This document shows positions 46,933 through 55,967 of a stretch of 64,000 nucleotides of DNA, in pieces. Each line of letters starts with the position of its first letter. Position 1 is the first letter of the stretch. The position numbers were made by a program, and so were the translations under genes. A model generated the notes under the pieces. That model did no database searches. It was not told where the DNA came from and saw nothing but the letters and a program-made list of their open reading frames with translations. This stretch comes from a virus, in IMG/VR virus record IMGVR_UViG_3300037424_000479. The stretch is one strand, 5' to 3'.

Positions 46933-47895
46933 ATGCCTGTCGGAAAAACGAGAGTAACAGAAGTAATCGATTATGCGATGCTACATGGGGATAATGAGGC
47001 GGCTACCACATTCGGAATATCGCTGGGAGGAATAGAGCGATATAGGCGTAAATATAAAGAGATATACGGTGAGAGTGCCGATCTTGTTATGGCACTAAAG
47101 AAACAACTTACCGATGTAGAGCTGAAGATGATGCTTAATACGAGTAAGCGGCGTCCAGTTGTTACAGAAAGTAACCCTGTATCTATTGAAGGGGATCGAA
47201 TCAAATTCGGTGTTATAACGGATACGCATATAGGACATAAGGAATTTATACCCGAGTATCTTCGTACTGCGTTTGATATTATAAATAACTTTGGGGCTCA
47301 ATTTACGTTTCATGCAGGTGATGTAGTTGAAGGACTTATGAATCGCCCTGGGCATTTCTTTGAGTGTTCTCATTATGGATATAAAGCTCAAAGGGATGAA
47401 AGTGTTGCTCAGTTATCTTATTATAATAAGCCCCTATATGTTATCAACGGTAACCATGACGCGAGCATCAATAGCAAGTTGGGGGTAGGTATAGATATCG
47501 TAGAAGATATATGTGAGCGCATACCCAACGCTATATACCTTCCTGGTGATCCTGCTGATATTGAGATTAACGGAATTCGTTTTAGACTCTTCCATGGAAG
47601 GGATCGTGGTGGTTCCTACGCAAAGTCGTTTAGACCACAAAAGATACTGGATAGTTTCGGTATAGATATCCCGGACGTGCTTATGATAGGCCATGCTCAT
47701 TCAGCAGACTATTGTAAGTATAAAGGATGCCACCTAATCGATGGTGGGTGCATACAGCGTCTTACAGATTTTCAACGCGGCAATAAACTATCTGCTGATG
47801 TTGGATTCTGGACGGTAGATATGACGGTGCGAAACGGGAAGATCATAGCTATCTCCCCTACATTCTATGATCTAGAGGAGGTTATGAATGGCTAA
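46933..47895 (+). CDS. Calcineurin-like metallophosphoesterase with N-terminal HTH
   Basis: TDTHIG, HAGDVVEG, GNHD, HG, GHAH motifs. Confidence 0.9.
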   Translation: MPVGKTRVTEVIDYAMLHGDNEAATTFGISLGGIERYRRKYKEIYGESADLVMALKKQLTDVELKMMLNTSKRRPVVTESNPVSIEGDRIKFGVITDTHIGHKEFIPEYLRTAFDIINNFGAQFTFHAGDVVEGLMNRPGHFFECSHYGYKAQRDESVAQLSYYNKPLYVINGNHDASINSKLGVGIDIVEDICERIPNAIYLPGDPADIEINGIRFRLFHGRDRGGSYAKSFRPQKILDSFGIDIPDVLMIGHAHSADYCKYKGCHLIDGGCIQRLTDFQRGNKLSADVGFWTVDMTVRNGKIIAISPTFYDLEEVMNG

Positions 47896-48097
47896 CAGTG
47901 CAAAGAAGATATCTCTGGCGGGACAGATACTCATGGCTGTATGGGTGGCCGGGTGGTCTGCCTATATGTTCCTTGGGCCGAAGGTTATACCTATGATGGA
48001 TATAATTACTTCTGGTGTTGCTATTGCGGCGGCTTTTTCTCCTGTATACCTTAGTATATGGATAGATATGTTCAAGAAGAAGTCTGGTAATGAATAA
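47888..48097 (+). CDS. Holin (2 TM)
   Basis: 69 aa, two hydrophobic helices, basic C-terminus. Confidence 0.65.
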   Translation: MANSAKKISLAGQILMAVWVAGWSAYMFLGPKVIPMMDIITSGVAIAAAFSPVYLSIWIDMFKKKSGNE

Positions 48098-48467
48098 TGT
48101 TAAAACGCTGGCTATTAGTGTCGCTATTGGTATTGTCCTTTCCGGTATTGCTTTATTCGCAATCGGACAGAGCTTCTATAGTGGACGGATTGACAAACTT
48201 ACAGATCAAATTGCTCTCCTTGAAACAGGAAATAGAGACCTCACAGAGCAAAATACTAGCCTTAGAGAGCTTAATAGTACAGCTACAGTCGAGCTTGGAC
48301 AGCTCAGAAAGGAGCTACGAGACCAGGCTGAGTACCATAGAAGCGAGCTTGGCAGAATCAAAGGCGATCTTAGCTCTATCTCAGGAGACCTTAGCAAAAC
48401 AGGAGTTGGCATACAAGACGTTATCGACGGAATTGAACGCATTAAAGACATGGTTAAAAATTTATAA
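48090..48467 (+). CDS. i-spanin-like protein (N-terminal TM plus coiled coil)
   Basis: TM then heptad repeats; follows holin. Confidence 0.55.
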   Translation: MNNVKTLAISVAIGIVLSGIALFAIGQSFYSGRIDKLTDQIALLETGNRDLTEQNTSLRELNSTATVELGQLRKELRDQAEYHRSELGRIKGDLSSISGDLSKTGVGIQDVIDGIERIKDMVKNL

Positions 48468-48582
48468 AACAGGTATATACGTTCTCGGCGGCGTAGTCGC
48501 TGTAGAGACGGTATACATCATCATAACATATATCATAGGGGGGAATAATGGTACAACCGACGCACGCAATGACACTTACTAA
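48097..48582 (+). CDS. Spanin-like partner (signal peptide, coiled coil, C-terminal TM)
   Basis: ATG overlaps holin stop (TAATG); heptads; no Cys. Confidence 0.6.
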   Translation: MLKRWLLVSLLVLSFPVLLYSQSDRASIVDGLTNLQIKLLSLKQEIETSQSKILALESLIVQLQSSLDSSERSYETRLSTIEASLAESKAILALSQETLAKQELAYKTLSTELNALKTWLKIYKTGIYVLGGVVAVETVYIIITYIIGGNNGTTDARNDTY

Positions 48583-48859
48583 CTTTGATACTAATGCAGA
48601 ATTCGATGAAACAATAACGGGTGTAGGAGCTGTCTGTATTGTGGAACTTCCTTATTTACATAAGGGGTTTGCTTTACAGATAAACCCTACGGGAGGTACT
48701 TATGAAGCAAGTGCCTCTCTCAATGGAGATGACTGGGAAGCATGGCCTAGTGGGACTATAAGTGCATTAAAAATTGAATATCTGTTACCTGTACGCTATG
48801 TTCGTTTCCGTTCTATCACGGCGACCTCTATGCGTATTACTATGTGGGGGCACGTATGA
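48548..48859 (+). CDS. Small beta-rich putative virion protein
   Basis: YEASASLNGDDW...PVRYVRF. Confidence 0.55.
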   Translation: MVQPTHAMTLTNFDTNAEFDETITGVGAVCIVELPYLHKGFALQINPTGGTYEASASLNGDDWEAWPSGTISALKIEYLLPVRYVRFRSITATSMRITMWGHV

Positions 48860-49188
48860 GCGTATGGGGAAATCCGTGGGCCGGAGATAATACGATTGAA
48901 GAACTGAATAACACCGCATCGAGTGGTTATTTTGACGTGGGGGATATGCGAATCCAGTGGGGATCATCTACCTCAAACACAATTACATTCCCACAGTATT
49001 TCAGAAATACTAGCTATCGATTCGTAGCCACAATAAACAACAGTGGATGGGATACTTATTCTGTCACTATGAGGAACAAGCAAACTAACAGGGTAGACGT
49101 TAGGAAAATGTACATCACCCCAACGGCAACCGGCGAAGTCGCCGACTATTGGGTCGAGTGGGTAGCGATAGGGCTTAAACCATTGTAA
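48844..49188 (+). CDS. gp53-like tail fibre C-terminal domain protein
   Basis: SGYF..GDMRIQWG...TITFPQYF...WVAIG. Confidence 0.75.
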   Translation: MGARMSVWGNPWAGDNTIEELNNTASSGYFDVGDMRIQWGSSTSNTITFPQYFRNTSYRFVATINNSGWDTYSVTMRNKQTNRVDVRKMYITPTATGEVADYWVEWVAIGLKPL

Positions 49189-49207
49189 TATTCGTAATGA
49201 AATTTGC

Positions 49208-49242
49208 GGCACCCATACATATGAATATTATGTATGTGTGCC
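49208..49242. terminator. Hairpin between the convergent late and replication arms
   Basis: GGCAC.CATACATA-7 nt-TATGTATG.GTGCC. Confidence 0.7.
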
Positions 49243-49250
49243 ACTTTTAT

Positions 49251-49430
49251 TTAACAAAATGGAGTATCATATAATAGTTCTTTATATCCTTTTTCTATCC
49301 TATTGAGAGCTTCTAGTGCTTCACTATTACACCTATCACACCCTAGTTTTCCTCCATTTTCAGTATCCCATATTTCAGCCTGACATGCTTCACAATTACA
49401 TCTACGTCTAACTATTTCAAAGTCATCCAT
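49251..49430 (-). CDS. Hypothetical Cys-rich protein, 59 aa
   Basis: Manual translation MDDFEIVRRRCNCEAC...CDRC; SD GGAGG. Confidence 0.55.
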   Translation of the reverse strand: MDDFEIVRRRCNCEACQAEIWDTENGGKLGCDRCNSEALEALNRIEKGYKELLYDTPFC

Positions 49431-49431
49431 C

Positions 49432-49641
49432 TCAACCTCCCATACACTGACGGCCCGTTCTCAATTCAGTATAATTGGGGGTATAATGTATATTACAATA
49501 TTTCCCTGATTGCCTAAATATAGGGATATATCCTTCCCCTTCTTCGTATACCCCTAGTTCAACTACAAGTTCTACACCATGCTTTTTGAGTAACTCTTTA
49601 TATTCTTTTACAAATAATTCTTCTGCATAATTCATTATCAC
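49432..49641 (-). CDS. Hypothetical protein
   Basis: SD AGGAGG. Confidence 0.6.
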   Translation of the reverse strand: MIMNYAEELFVKEYKELLKKHGVELVVELGVYEEGEGYIPIFRQSGKYCNIHYTPNYTELRTGRQCMGG

Positions 49642-49669
49642 CTCCTAATACGCCCTTTATTATGTAAAA

Positions 49670-49694
49670 GCCCCCAATTACGGGGGCCTTTTTT
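49670..49694. terminator. Bidirectional-type terminator
   Basis: AAAA-GCCCCC-AATTAC-GGGGGC-CTTTTTT. Confidence 0.7.
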
Positions 49695-49697
49695 ATC

Positions 49698-50141
49698 TCA
49701 CGGCGTGTCTGAAGTTCCTATCAGCTTTTCGTTTCCCTCAAATAGTATGCACTGGGAATAACAAGACCCAACACAATTATGGGGGTAACTGTTATCTTCT
49801 TTATAATACCCATAAATTCCTGGTTGCCAGTCATCTGCATCATTATCCCTACAAAGTACCCAAGTGAAAGGAGGTATAACCTCTTGGACGATGGCCTCTG
49901 TTACGTCTTCTTTCGTAAGAGCCACAAATACACCCAGAGGTATTATGCTTCCTACCGTCGTTGATCCAGAAGTAATAGCACCATCACAGTTAAACTGTAT
50001 ATGTGCGCTATCCAGTTCATCTTTTTTTATATTATATTTGTCCTTATATCCAAGCTCAATTCCCTTCTGCACAATAGAGGGGTGCAGTAGGGAGCGTCCT
50101 GACGGGGGGTACATTCCAATATCTACGGTAAATTCTTTCAT
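49698..50141 (-). CDS. Conserved phage hypothetical protein
   Basis: FTWVLCRD...W......YP..C.G..YSQCI.FEGNE. Confidence 0.7.
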   Translation of the reverse strand: MKEFTVDIGMYPPSGRSLLHPSIVQKGIELGYKDKYNIKKDELDSAHIQFNCDGAITSGSTTVGSIIPLGVFVALTKEDVTEAIVQEVIPPFTWVLCRDNDADDWQPGIYGYYKEDNSYPHNCVGSCYSQCILFEGNEKLIGTSDTP

Positions 50142-50153
50142 TGTATACCTCTT

Positions 50154-50789
50154 TCATTCTTCATAGGCTATCTGTGATACCCTATATGACCGCCCGTTTA
50201 TCTTCTCTTTCACCCTCGATACCTCAATCACCCTATCAGCAACCTCAATAATTTCGGGTATATGACTTGCAAAGATAAACTGTAAATTCAGGGAGTGCGA
50301 CAGCTCACGAATAATCTGTGCCCCTCTCTGCTGAAAGTCCCTAGAAAGCCATTTAAGTGATTCATCAAAGATCATTACATTACGTGTACCGCTTATAGTC
50401 CAGGTAGCTATACGCAGACCTAGAACGGCAATGTCTATCAGCCCCCCTCCTTCTGCCTCCATAGGATCGGTTTCTTCGTCATCCACAAAAAACTTCAAGC
50501 CAATCTCGGTTTTCCCTCTGGATATCCCGAAATCCATACGGAAAGTATACTCATCTGGGAACACAGAGTCGAGGCATTTTTGTACGATATCTTCAAGATG
50601 TACACGTACCTGTTCTTGCGTCTCCATAGCGACCTTCTGTATAAGCGCCTGGACAAGCTCTATGGCTTCTTGACGCTTGATAAGGATATCGCGTTTATTT
50701 CGTAGATCGTCCAGTTGGCTTGTTACTGCTTCTCTCTTACCCTTAGCCCTCTCTAGGAGAGAAGCATATGGGGCTATACGAGATTCCAA
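50154..50789 (-). CDS. SbcC/Rad50 C-terminal half
   Basis: EGGGLID ABC signature variant; VMIFDES Walker B; IFASH H-loop; no Walker A. Confidence 0.88.
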   Translation of the reverse strand: MESRIAPYASLLERAKGKREAVTSQLDDLRNKRDILIKRQEAIELVQALIQKVAMETQEQVRVHLEDIVQKCLDSVFPDEYTFRMDFGISRGKTEIGLKFFVDDEETDPMEAEGGGLIDIAVLGLRIATWTISGTRNVMIFDESLKWLSRDFQQRGAQIIRELSHSLNLQFIFASHIPEIIEVADRVIEVSRVKEKINGRSYRVSQIAYEE

Positions 50790-51016
50790 TTAGTAACCCC
50801 CTTGAGACGAGTGAACTGCTCATCCAACTTCGCAGATACGCGGTCTATCGTCTCATCATACTCGGATACCTTCAACTGTAGCTTGGCGGTATCATCCGTT
50901 CCAAATTGCTCGATAGCAGAGGCACTTAGGGATTCCAGCGCCCCCTGTGTCTTACTATACTTATCTCGAAGGGAGACGATCTTACCCTTTATAGTCTCGA
51001 ATTCCTTTGCGTCCAT
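50774..51016 (-). CDS. Small coiled-coil protein
   Basis: 80 aa heptads; overlaps the start of SbcC-C. Confidence 0.7.
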   Translation of the reverse strand: MDAKEFETIKGKIVSLRDKYSKTQGALESLSASAIEQFGTDDTAKLQLKVSEYDETIDRVSAKLDEQFTRLKGVTNWNLV

Positions 51017-51167
51017 TTAAACCCCCCCGGCCATTATCTCTTGGACTATGTTAACAAGACCTCGCATAGCCCATAGCATGCCCCACATAGCCGCCGCAAG
51101 AAACATAAGAGCAAGCGCGGCTGACGTTACCATATTTATTACATCAGTGACTTTCTTGGTCATTTCA

Positions 51168-51446
51168 TTAGGATTCAGCATCAACCGCTCCTGCCGCGTA
51201 TCCATCGGAATACCCCTCCTCATATCCAGCGGAAAGGCCCTCATTACGCCCCTCCCTAAATCCCTCCTGATAATCTTCAGTATTGGGGGAATAATCATCA
51301 TCCTCTGTGTGCTCTTCCACACCGATTTCATCAAGGGCTATGAAGCGCCCGCTACAGTTCTCGTCTATGAGAACGCCTTCCTCACCCATAACCATGAATT
51401 CATGCTCGTTAAAATCGGTGTCAATAATGCGTACCCTAAATGCCAT
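51168..51446 (-). CDS. Acidic hypothetical protein
   Basis: YxEGxxxG repeats at C-terminus; SD GAGG. Confidence 0.6.
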   Translation of the reverse strand: MAFRVRIIDTDFNEHEFMVMGEEGVLIDENCSGRFIALDEIGVEEHTEDDDYSPNTEDYQEGFREGRNEGLSAGYEEGYSDGYAAGAVDAES

Positions 51447-51448
51447 AA

Positions 51449-52384
51449 TTACCTCCTCTGTTCCAGCTCAAGTTTTATAGTATCCATCATCGGTGTAGCC
51501 TTTACACTGGCATACGCTGTGTCTAAATTTGCTTTGAAAGAGAGATGAAGCTCCTTTCCTGTAACGATGGTCACGACAAAGGCACTAAGGCGATCGTCTC
51601 GTTCCTTGTTCTTGTCAAGATGATTGCGTGTAAGCATCGTAGGATCATTGTGTATCGGTATAAATTTAATCTCCGATTTGGTGGTACGATATACAGGCTT
51701 TTTATCTTTAAGCGTTCTAACGTCTATTTTATTTCCTGTATCAATATAATATACCCCAGGAGTGTAGTCAAGCTCATCTGCCACCTGAATGGTCATACAG
51801 CCGGGATTTATTACATGACGTTCATCCCTCGTCGCCACGAAATTATGGTGCATATCCCCCGTAAATATCCACTGCGTATCATACTTATCAAATAGATAAT
51901 CTGCTGTAACGCCTTTACACGCAAAGGGAATGGCATCGTCATCAGGAAACACCAGAGTATGTACAAGGGTAACATCTTCGTTAAGGACGTATGAGTGCTC
52001 AAAACGTCCCCCGATATTCTCCTCCGTACAAGGATAGTATCGTATCTTTCCTGTGTTATCTCCCGCAATAGCTTTGATGACACCTATGGAAGACTCAAAC
52101 GCCAGGGCTTCCCTGTGATACTTAAGTGCGTGATTCCCTCCTATGATATGACAGACACCAATAAGGGGGGAAACAGCTTCAATGAAAAGGGAAATGATTT
52201 GTGTATGTACAAGATAAGCGTCGAATAGATCACCTGCTATCACAAGATCAGCCTCATACGTATTCGCTAAATCTACTATGTCACATAGCGCTTTACGCTG
52301 GAAGGCAAGCCAGTCTTCATCTAGGCGACATACAGGGGGATCATAGCGAAGATGATTATCTGCCGAAACGATGTATCTAGCCAA
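51449..52384 (-). CDS. SbcD/Mre11-like nuclease
   Basis: ADNH, AGDLFD, GGNH, GDMH motifs; start moved to TTG 52384 after AAGGAGG. Confidence 0.9.
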   Translation of the reverse strand: MARYIVSADNHLRYDPPVCRLDEDWLAFQRKALCDIVDLANTYEADLVIAGDLFDAYLVHTQIISLFIEAVSPLIGVCHIIGGNHALKYHREALAFESSIGVIKAIAGDNTGKIRYYPCTEENIGGRFEHSYVLNEDVTLVHTLVFPDDDAIPFACKGVTADYLFDKYDTQWIFTGDMHHNFVATRDERHVINPGCMTIQVADELDYTPGVYYIDTGNKIDVRTLKDKKPVYRTTKSEIKFIPIHNDPTMLTRNHLDKNKERDDRLSAFVVTIVTGKELHLSFKANLDTAYASVKATPMMDTIKLELEQRR

Positions 52385-53072
52385 TCTGCACCTCCTTAGA
52401 TTGCGAACGATCCAGGAGGTAGAATAGGTCAGCCAATTCACCAGAACACTCTTTCATATCCTCTGGTAACAACCCCAAGTCTACAGCATCCAACTGATTT
52501 TTGAAATCCTGATACCCATCAAAACCACGTGAAACAATGGCAGTTAAAATCTTTAGGACTTCAGCAACGTATTGCTTACCCGCAAATTCTCCCCTCCTCT
52601 CATACTTTATGAGGCGTATAAGACTGGATAAAGGATACTTCGATCCAGTGTAGAAGGAGGATTGAATAAGATGTGCCTGTTCCCAATCAGGTGAGTATTG
52701 TACATCGGTAATTACATCTTTCCAAGCAGTACATCCTACCTGAACATGAGCAAAGTCAAAAGAGAGTATGAGTTCTAATAAAGAGGGATGATAATAATTA
52801 CAGAACTGAAGGATATCTCCTTTGTAAGAACAGGTGAGGGCGTTCATCGTACGTGAGAGTACCTTCAGCCCCTTAGATGCACAATAAGCGTCTATTCGTA
52901 GCGGATCAAATTGTCCTGGAAATGAAGGGAATATATCAAGATCATTAGGGGCGTTCCTATTACAACTATTCCCCCCAATATACACCCTCTCAGTGAAAAT
53001 AGAAGAAAGCAACTCAAATGGAATTCGCTTCTTCATGCGTAGCGTTATAATTTCTTCAACAGTCATCATCAC
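52377..53072 (-). CDS. Putative pol-beta-superfamily nucleotidyltransferase
   Basis: YIGGNS...NDLDIF; ILQF; SFDFAH resemble the NTase/CCA-type head. Confidence 0.55.
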   Translation of the reverse strand: MMMTVEEIITLRMKKRIPFELLSSIFTERVYIGGNSCNRNAPNDLDIFPSFPGQFDPLRIDAYCASKGLKVLSRTMNALTCSYKGDILQFCNYYHPSLLELILSFDFAHVQVGCTAWKDVITDVQYSPDWEQAHLIQSSFYTGSKYPLSSLIRLIKYERRGEFAGKQYVAEVLKILTAIVSRGFDGYQDFKNQLDAVDLGLLPEDMKECSGELADLFYLLDRSQSKEVQIG

Positions 53073-54120
53073 TTAGCTCCTTTCCACAGATAGGGCACAC
53101 GGTAGGCAGTGTTGCCTCTAGCTTCTGTATTGCATCATCTATTTCTAGTAGAGCATCTGACATATCCCTGTGGCTAGAGATAATGTTCTCTAGCACACAC
53201 CGCTCCTCAATCGCTCGCGCCTTCTTCTGCTGTAGAAGCCCTACCATCTCGGCTACTTCTTCCGCTTCCGTTATAATATTTTTATCTATCAGCGCCTCCT
53301 TAGCATCCTCTAATCTGCCGCACATGAGGCTAAGTGTGGCGGCTCTCTGCTTGATGGAAATGTACTCCTCTTGAAGTGCACCCATGCCCTTTACAATAGC
53401 CTCCGCATCAGCATAGATACTGTAACGCTCTAGCTTCTCCTCTAACTCCTGCTTATCTGTTATGAGGGTACGTAGCACCTTAACAGTGGCTTCGGATACT
53501 CCCTTCTCTGTCTCTAAAGAAGAGCAGAGAGCTATAAGCTCTTCTGCCCCCTCTATCCAGGTAAAGGTTTTAAGTGACTCCTCTACAAGCGGTATCTGTT
53601 CATCAAGTGCTTTCGTATCAGCATTACCCTTACGGCGCTTACCTTCTATAGCAGACTGGTATTCATCTGCTTCCTCCAACCGTAAGATACGATTAAAGAA
53701 TTTGGATACTTCACCAGAGGAGGCCGAGAGAAGGAAAGGCGCATCCATCTGCTTCTGGATATTCACTTCAGATATACGGTGAGCCTTACTTATTTGTTCA
53801 GGTACAGTAGACTCCACAGCATCCATGGGGGTATCGTCATTCAACTGATAACTATTTGTATCTCCACGGATACGAGCGATCTTACAGTCATCGAATTGAA
53901 GGGTTACACGACACTCCTCCAATATATTCTTCTTGTCTTTTGCCCACCATGATATATGTCGCATCCCTGCGGGTTTATTATTTATAGCGTAATTAAGGGC
54001 ACGGAGGATAGCAGACTTACCGTCCCTGGATGATCCCCTAATTACGTTTACCCCCGGATGGAATTCTATCTTGGTATTACGGTGAGACTGAAAGTTCTTT
54101 ATCTCAACAGATTGTATCAC
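53056..54120 (-). CDS. SbcC/Rad50 N-terminal half ending at the zinc hook
   Basis: IKNFQSH; GSSRDGKS Walker A; QKQMD Q-loop; coiled coil; terminal CPICG; start moved to GTG 54120. Confidence 0.9.
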   Translation of the reverse strand: MIQSVEIKNFQSHRNTKIEFHPGVNVIRGSSRDGKSAILRALNYAINNKPAGMRHISWWAKDKKNILEECRVTLQFDDCKIARIRGDTNSYQLNDDTPMDAVESTVPEQISKAHRISEVNIQKQMDAPFLLSASSGEVSKFFNRILRLEEADEYQSAIEGKRRKGNADTKALDEQIPLVEESLKTFTWIEGAEELIALCSSLETEKGVSEATVKVLRTLITDKQELEEKLERYSIYADAEAIVKGMGALQEEYISIKQRAATLSLMCGRLEDAKEALIDKNIITEAEEVAEMVGLLQQKKARAIEERCVLENIISSHRDMSDALLEIDDAIQKLEATLPTVCPICGKELSDDDC

Positions 54121-54554
54121 TTCTCCTCCTCTATGATGAATTTCTTCCAACCATCAATAGGCTTGCCATGAGAATCTATGATGGCGTAAGAATAGTGTGT
54201 TAAATCTACCAATAAATTCTCAAAGGTAAAAGGATTTTTAGCACAAGTTTCGTCTGATGGAAAGCTGGAAATAAAAGGCTCAGATTCCAGAAAACGTATT
54301 ACACAATGAGGAGTAGTTACAATATACTGTACCTCTTCTGGAAGCATTGGGCGTGAAATAGTCTCTTTGATCTTCCAATCTATACCTTCCCAAATTGTAT
54401 GTAGAACATAATTTAATTGCCCCCTTACACTCCCATATCTAAAAGGATATTCAGGGTATCTAATCGGGTCATAAAAAGCAGTTTCACCTTCAGAAGATAC
54501 AAGTATCTTCCCATCAACCATCGCCTTTACCAATTCCGGTTTCATCTTATTCAT
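54117..54554 (-). CDS. Hypothetical protein, paralog of 23364..23741
   Basis: YAIIDSHGKPIDGWKKF. Confidence 0.75.
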   Translation of the reverse strand: MNKMKPELVKAMVDGKILVSSEGETAFYDPIRYPEYPFRYGSVRGQLNYVLHTIWEGIDWKIKETISRPMLPEEVQYIVTTPHCVIRFLESEPFISSFPSDETCAKNPFTFENLLVDLTHYSYAIIDSHGKPIDGWKKFIIEEEK

Positions 54555-55527
54555 CCTCCTTTAAGAACAGCCCTATAGCCACACCAAGGGGGGCTATAAT
54601 GTCGATCCATATACTAGGAATTATACTTATGATGAATTCCACCATAGCTGAATTCCAGCCAAATATAGCACTTATCCACACGTAGAATGTGGGGGCTTCC
54701 GTTTCTTTTATAATACTACCTTCTTCGAGGAGAGTCAAGCGTTTTGTACGTACAGCGCTGAGGGATTTACTCGCTTTCTCAATATCCAAATTTGCTTGAT
54801 ATATGGCGGATGCTAAAGCATTATACGACTTCCTATCTGCATCTCTTTTCTCTATGGTGTCATACGCGGCAATAAGGGTATTATATCGCGCCAAGTCTTT
54901 TTGCTTTGATTCTATCTGTGCTTCTATGGTACGCTCTTCTGCGGCGTATAAAGCATCTTTACCCTTCGCCCCCTCAGTGATTTCTCGTATTCCACTTCCT
55001 TGAACGAACATCTCCCTACGAGCGTTGTATTGTCCTATCACGGTACTTCCCATAGAATATACGGCCACTATTATCCATAAAATCCCAAATGTAATAGCTA
55101 AAGCATGGTGCTTCTTCTGAAAGAATATAACTACCATCTGAAAAGCCATAACAGAAAACACGATCATAATACCAGAAAGAAACCACGCCCAAAATACCGG
55201 AAGCACTTCAAGTAGGTATATAGCAGTATATCGTACAGAGAGGATAGACGCCGCAATGCCTATCACCTCTAGTACATATCGGATTATTGGTATGTAGGAA
55301 ATCTGCTTTGCCTTTTGCTTTATAGGTTTCTTTTTCTTTGGTGTAATCTTTTTTATCCCTGTATACTTTCCATCGACTAACATAATGCGGCCATCCTGCC
55401 TTAATATGGTGAGAAGCTTTTCAACCTGTGGTTCCTCTAGCCACATGGTATCCGCTATCTCTTTTTTAGACAACGGGGTGTCTAGGAGAAGGGTGTATAG
55501 CATTTCTAACGTAGTGGCTTTGTCCAT
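54547..55527 (-). CDS. Membrane protein with N-terminal winged HTH and coiled coil
   Basis: LSKKEIADTMWLEEPQVEKLLTILRQDG; three TM; heptads; C-terminal TM. Confidence 0.7.
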   Translation of the reverse strand: MDKATTLEMLYTLLLDTPLSKKEIADTMWLEEPQVEKLLTILRQDGRIMLVDGKYTGIKKITPKKKKPIKQKAKQISYIPIIRYVLEVIGIAASILSVRYTAIYLLEVLPVFWAWFLSGIMIVFSVMAFQMVVIFFQKKHHALAITFGILWIIVAVYSMGSTVIGQYNARREMFVQGSGIREITEGAKGKDALYAAEERTIEAQIESKQKDLARYNTLIAAYDTIEKRDADRKSYNALASAIYQANLDIEKASKSLSAVRTKRLTLLEEGSIIKETEAPTFYVWISAIFGWNSAMVEFIISIIPSIWIDIIAPLGVAIGLFLKEDE

Positions 55528-55544
55528 AGGTTATCTAAACTCCT

Positions 55545-55967
55545 TTACCACGGAATGAACGTATCGCTTCCCTTATATGGGAAAAACTCTTCTACTATTT
55601 TAGCCAATTTGGCATACAAGACAGATATATTTTTGTAACGAAGTATATCGTGGCATGTAGTGTGACATAGACTACACACTGTTATAATCTCACCAGGTAA
55701 CTCATGTCCTGCGTGCGCGTAGGTTACATGGTGACAAGAGAAGCGCAATACTCGCTTCCACTGTTCCTTCCTGGTAAGCCATTTCCAGCGAGGTCTTCCA
55801 CATACAGCGCACACACACGACTTGTTTTCAAGTAGTTCCGATGATGTGCGCCTCCACCAAGGACTTACTTCATATTCCCTGATGGAAGTGCAATGTTCAG
55901 GAAAGGATACTTCCTTTTTTGATCCCTTCCTCCCCATTACTCCTCTACCTCGTCTACTAGGTACCAA
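55545..55967 (-). CDS. HNH-type Zn-binding nuclease-like protein
   Basis: CAVCG...CHHVTY...VCSLCH. Confidence 0.7.
   Translation of the reverse strand: MVPSRRGRGVMGRKGSKKEVSFPEHCTSIREYEVSPWWRRTSSELLENKSCVCAVCGRPRWKWLTRKEQWKRVLRFSCHHVTYAHAGHELPGEIITVCSLCHTTCHDILRYKNISVLYAKLAKIVEEFFPYKGSDTFIPW

Noticed and set aside
40224-49188. Diversity-generating retroelement or invertible cassette acting on tail fibres
   Set aside because: No reverse transcriptase, template/variable repeat pair or invertase in the window
50774-50789. Programmed frameshift joining the 80-aa coil to SbcC-C
   Set aside because: -1 frame is closed by TAA immediately before the TTG, and there is no slippery heptamer
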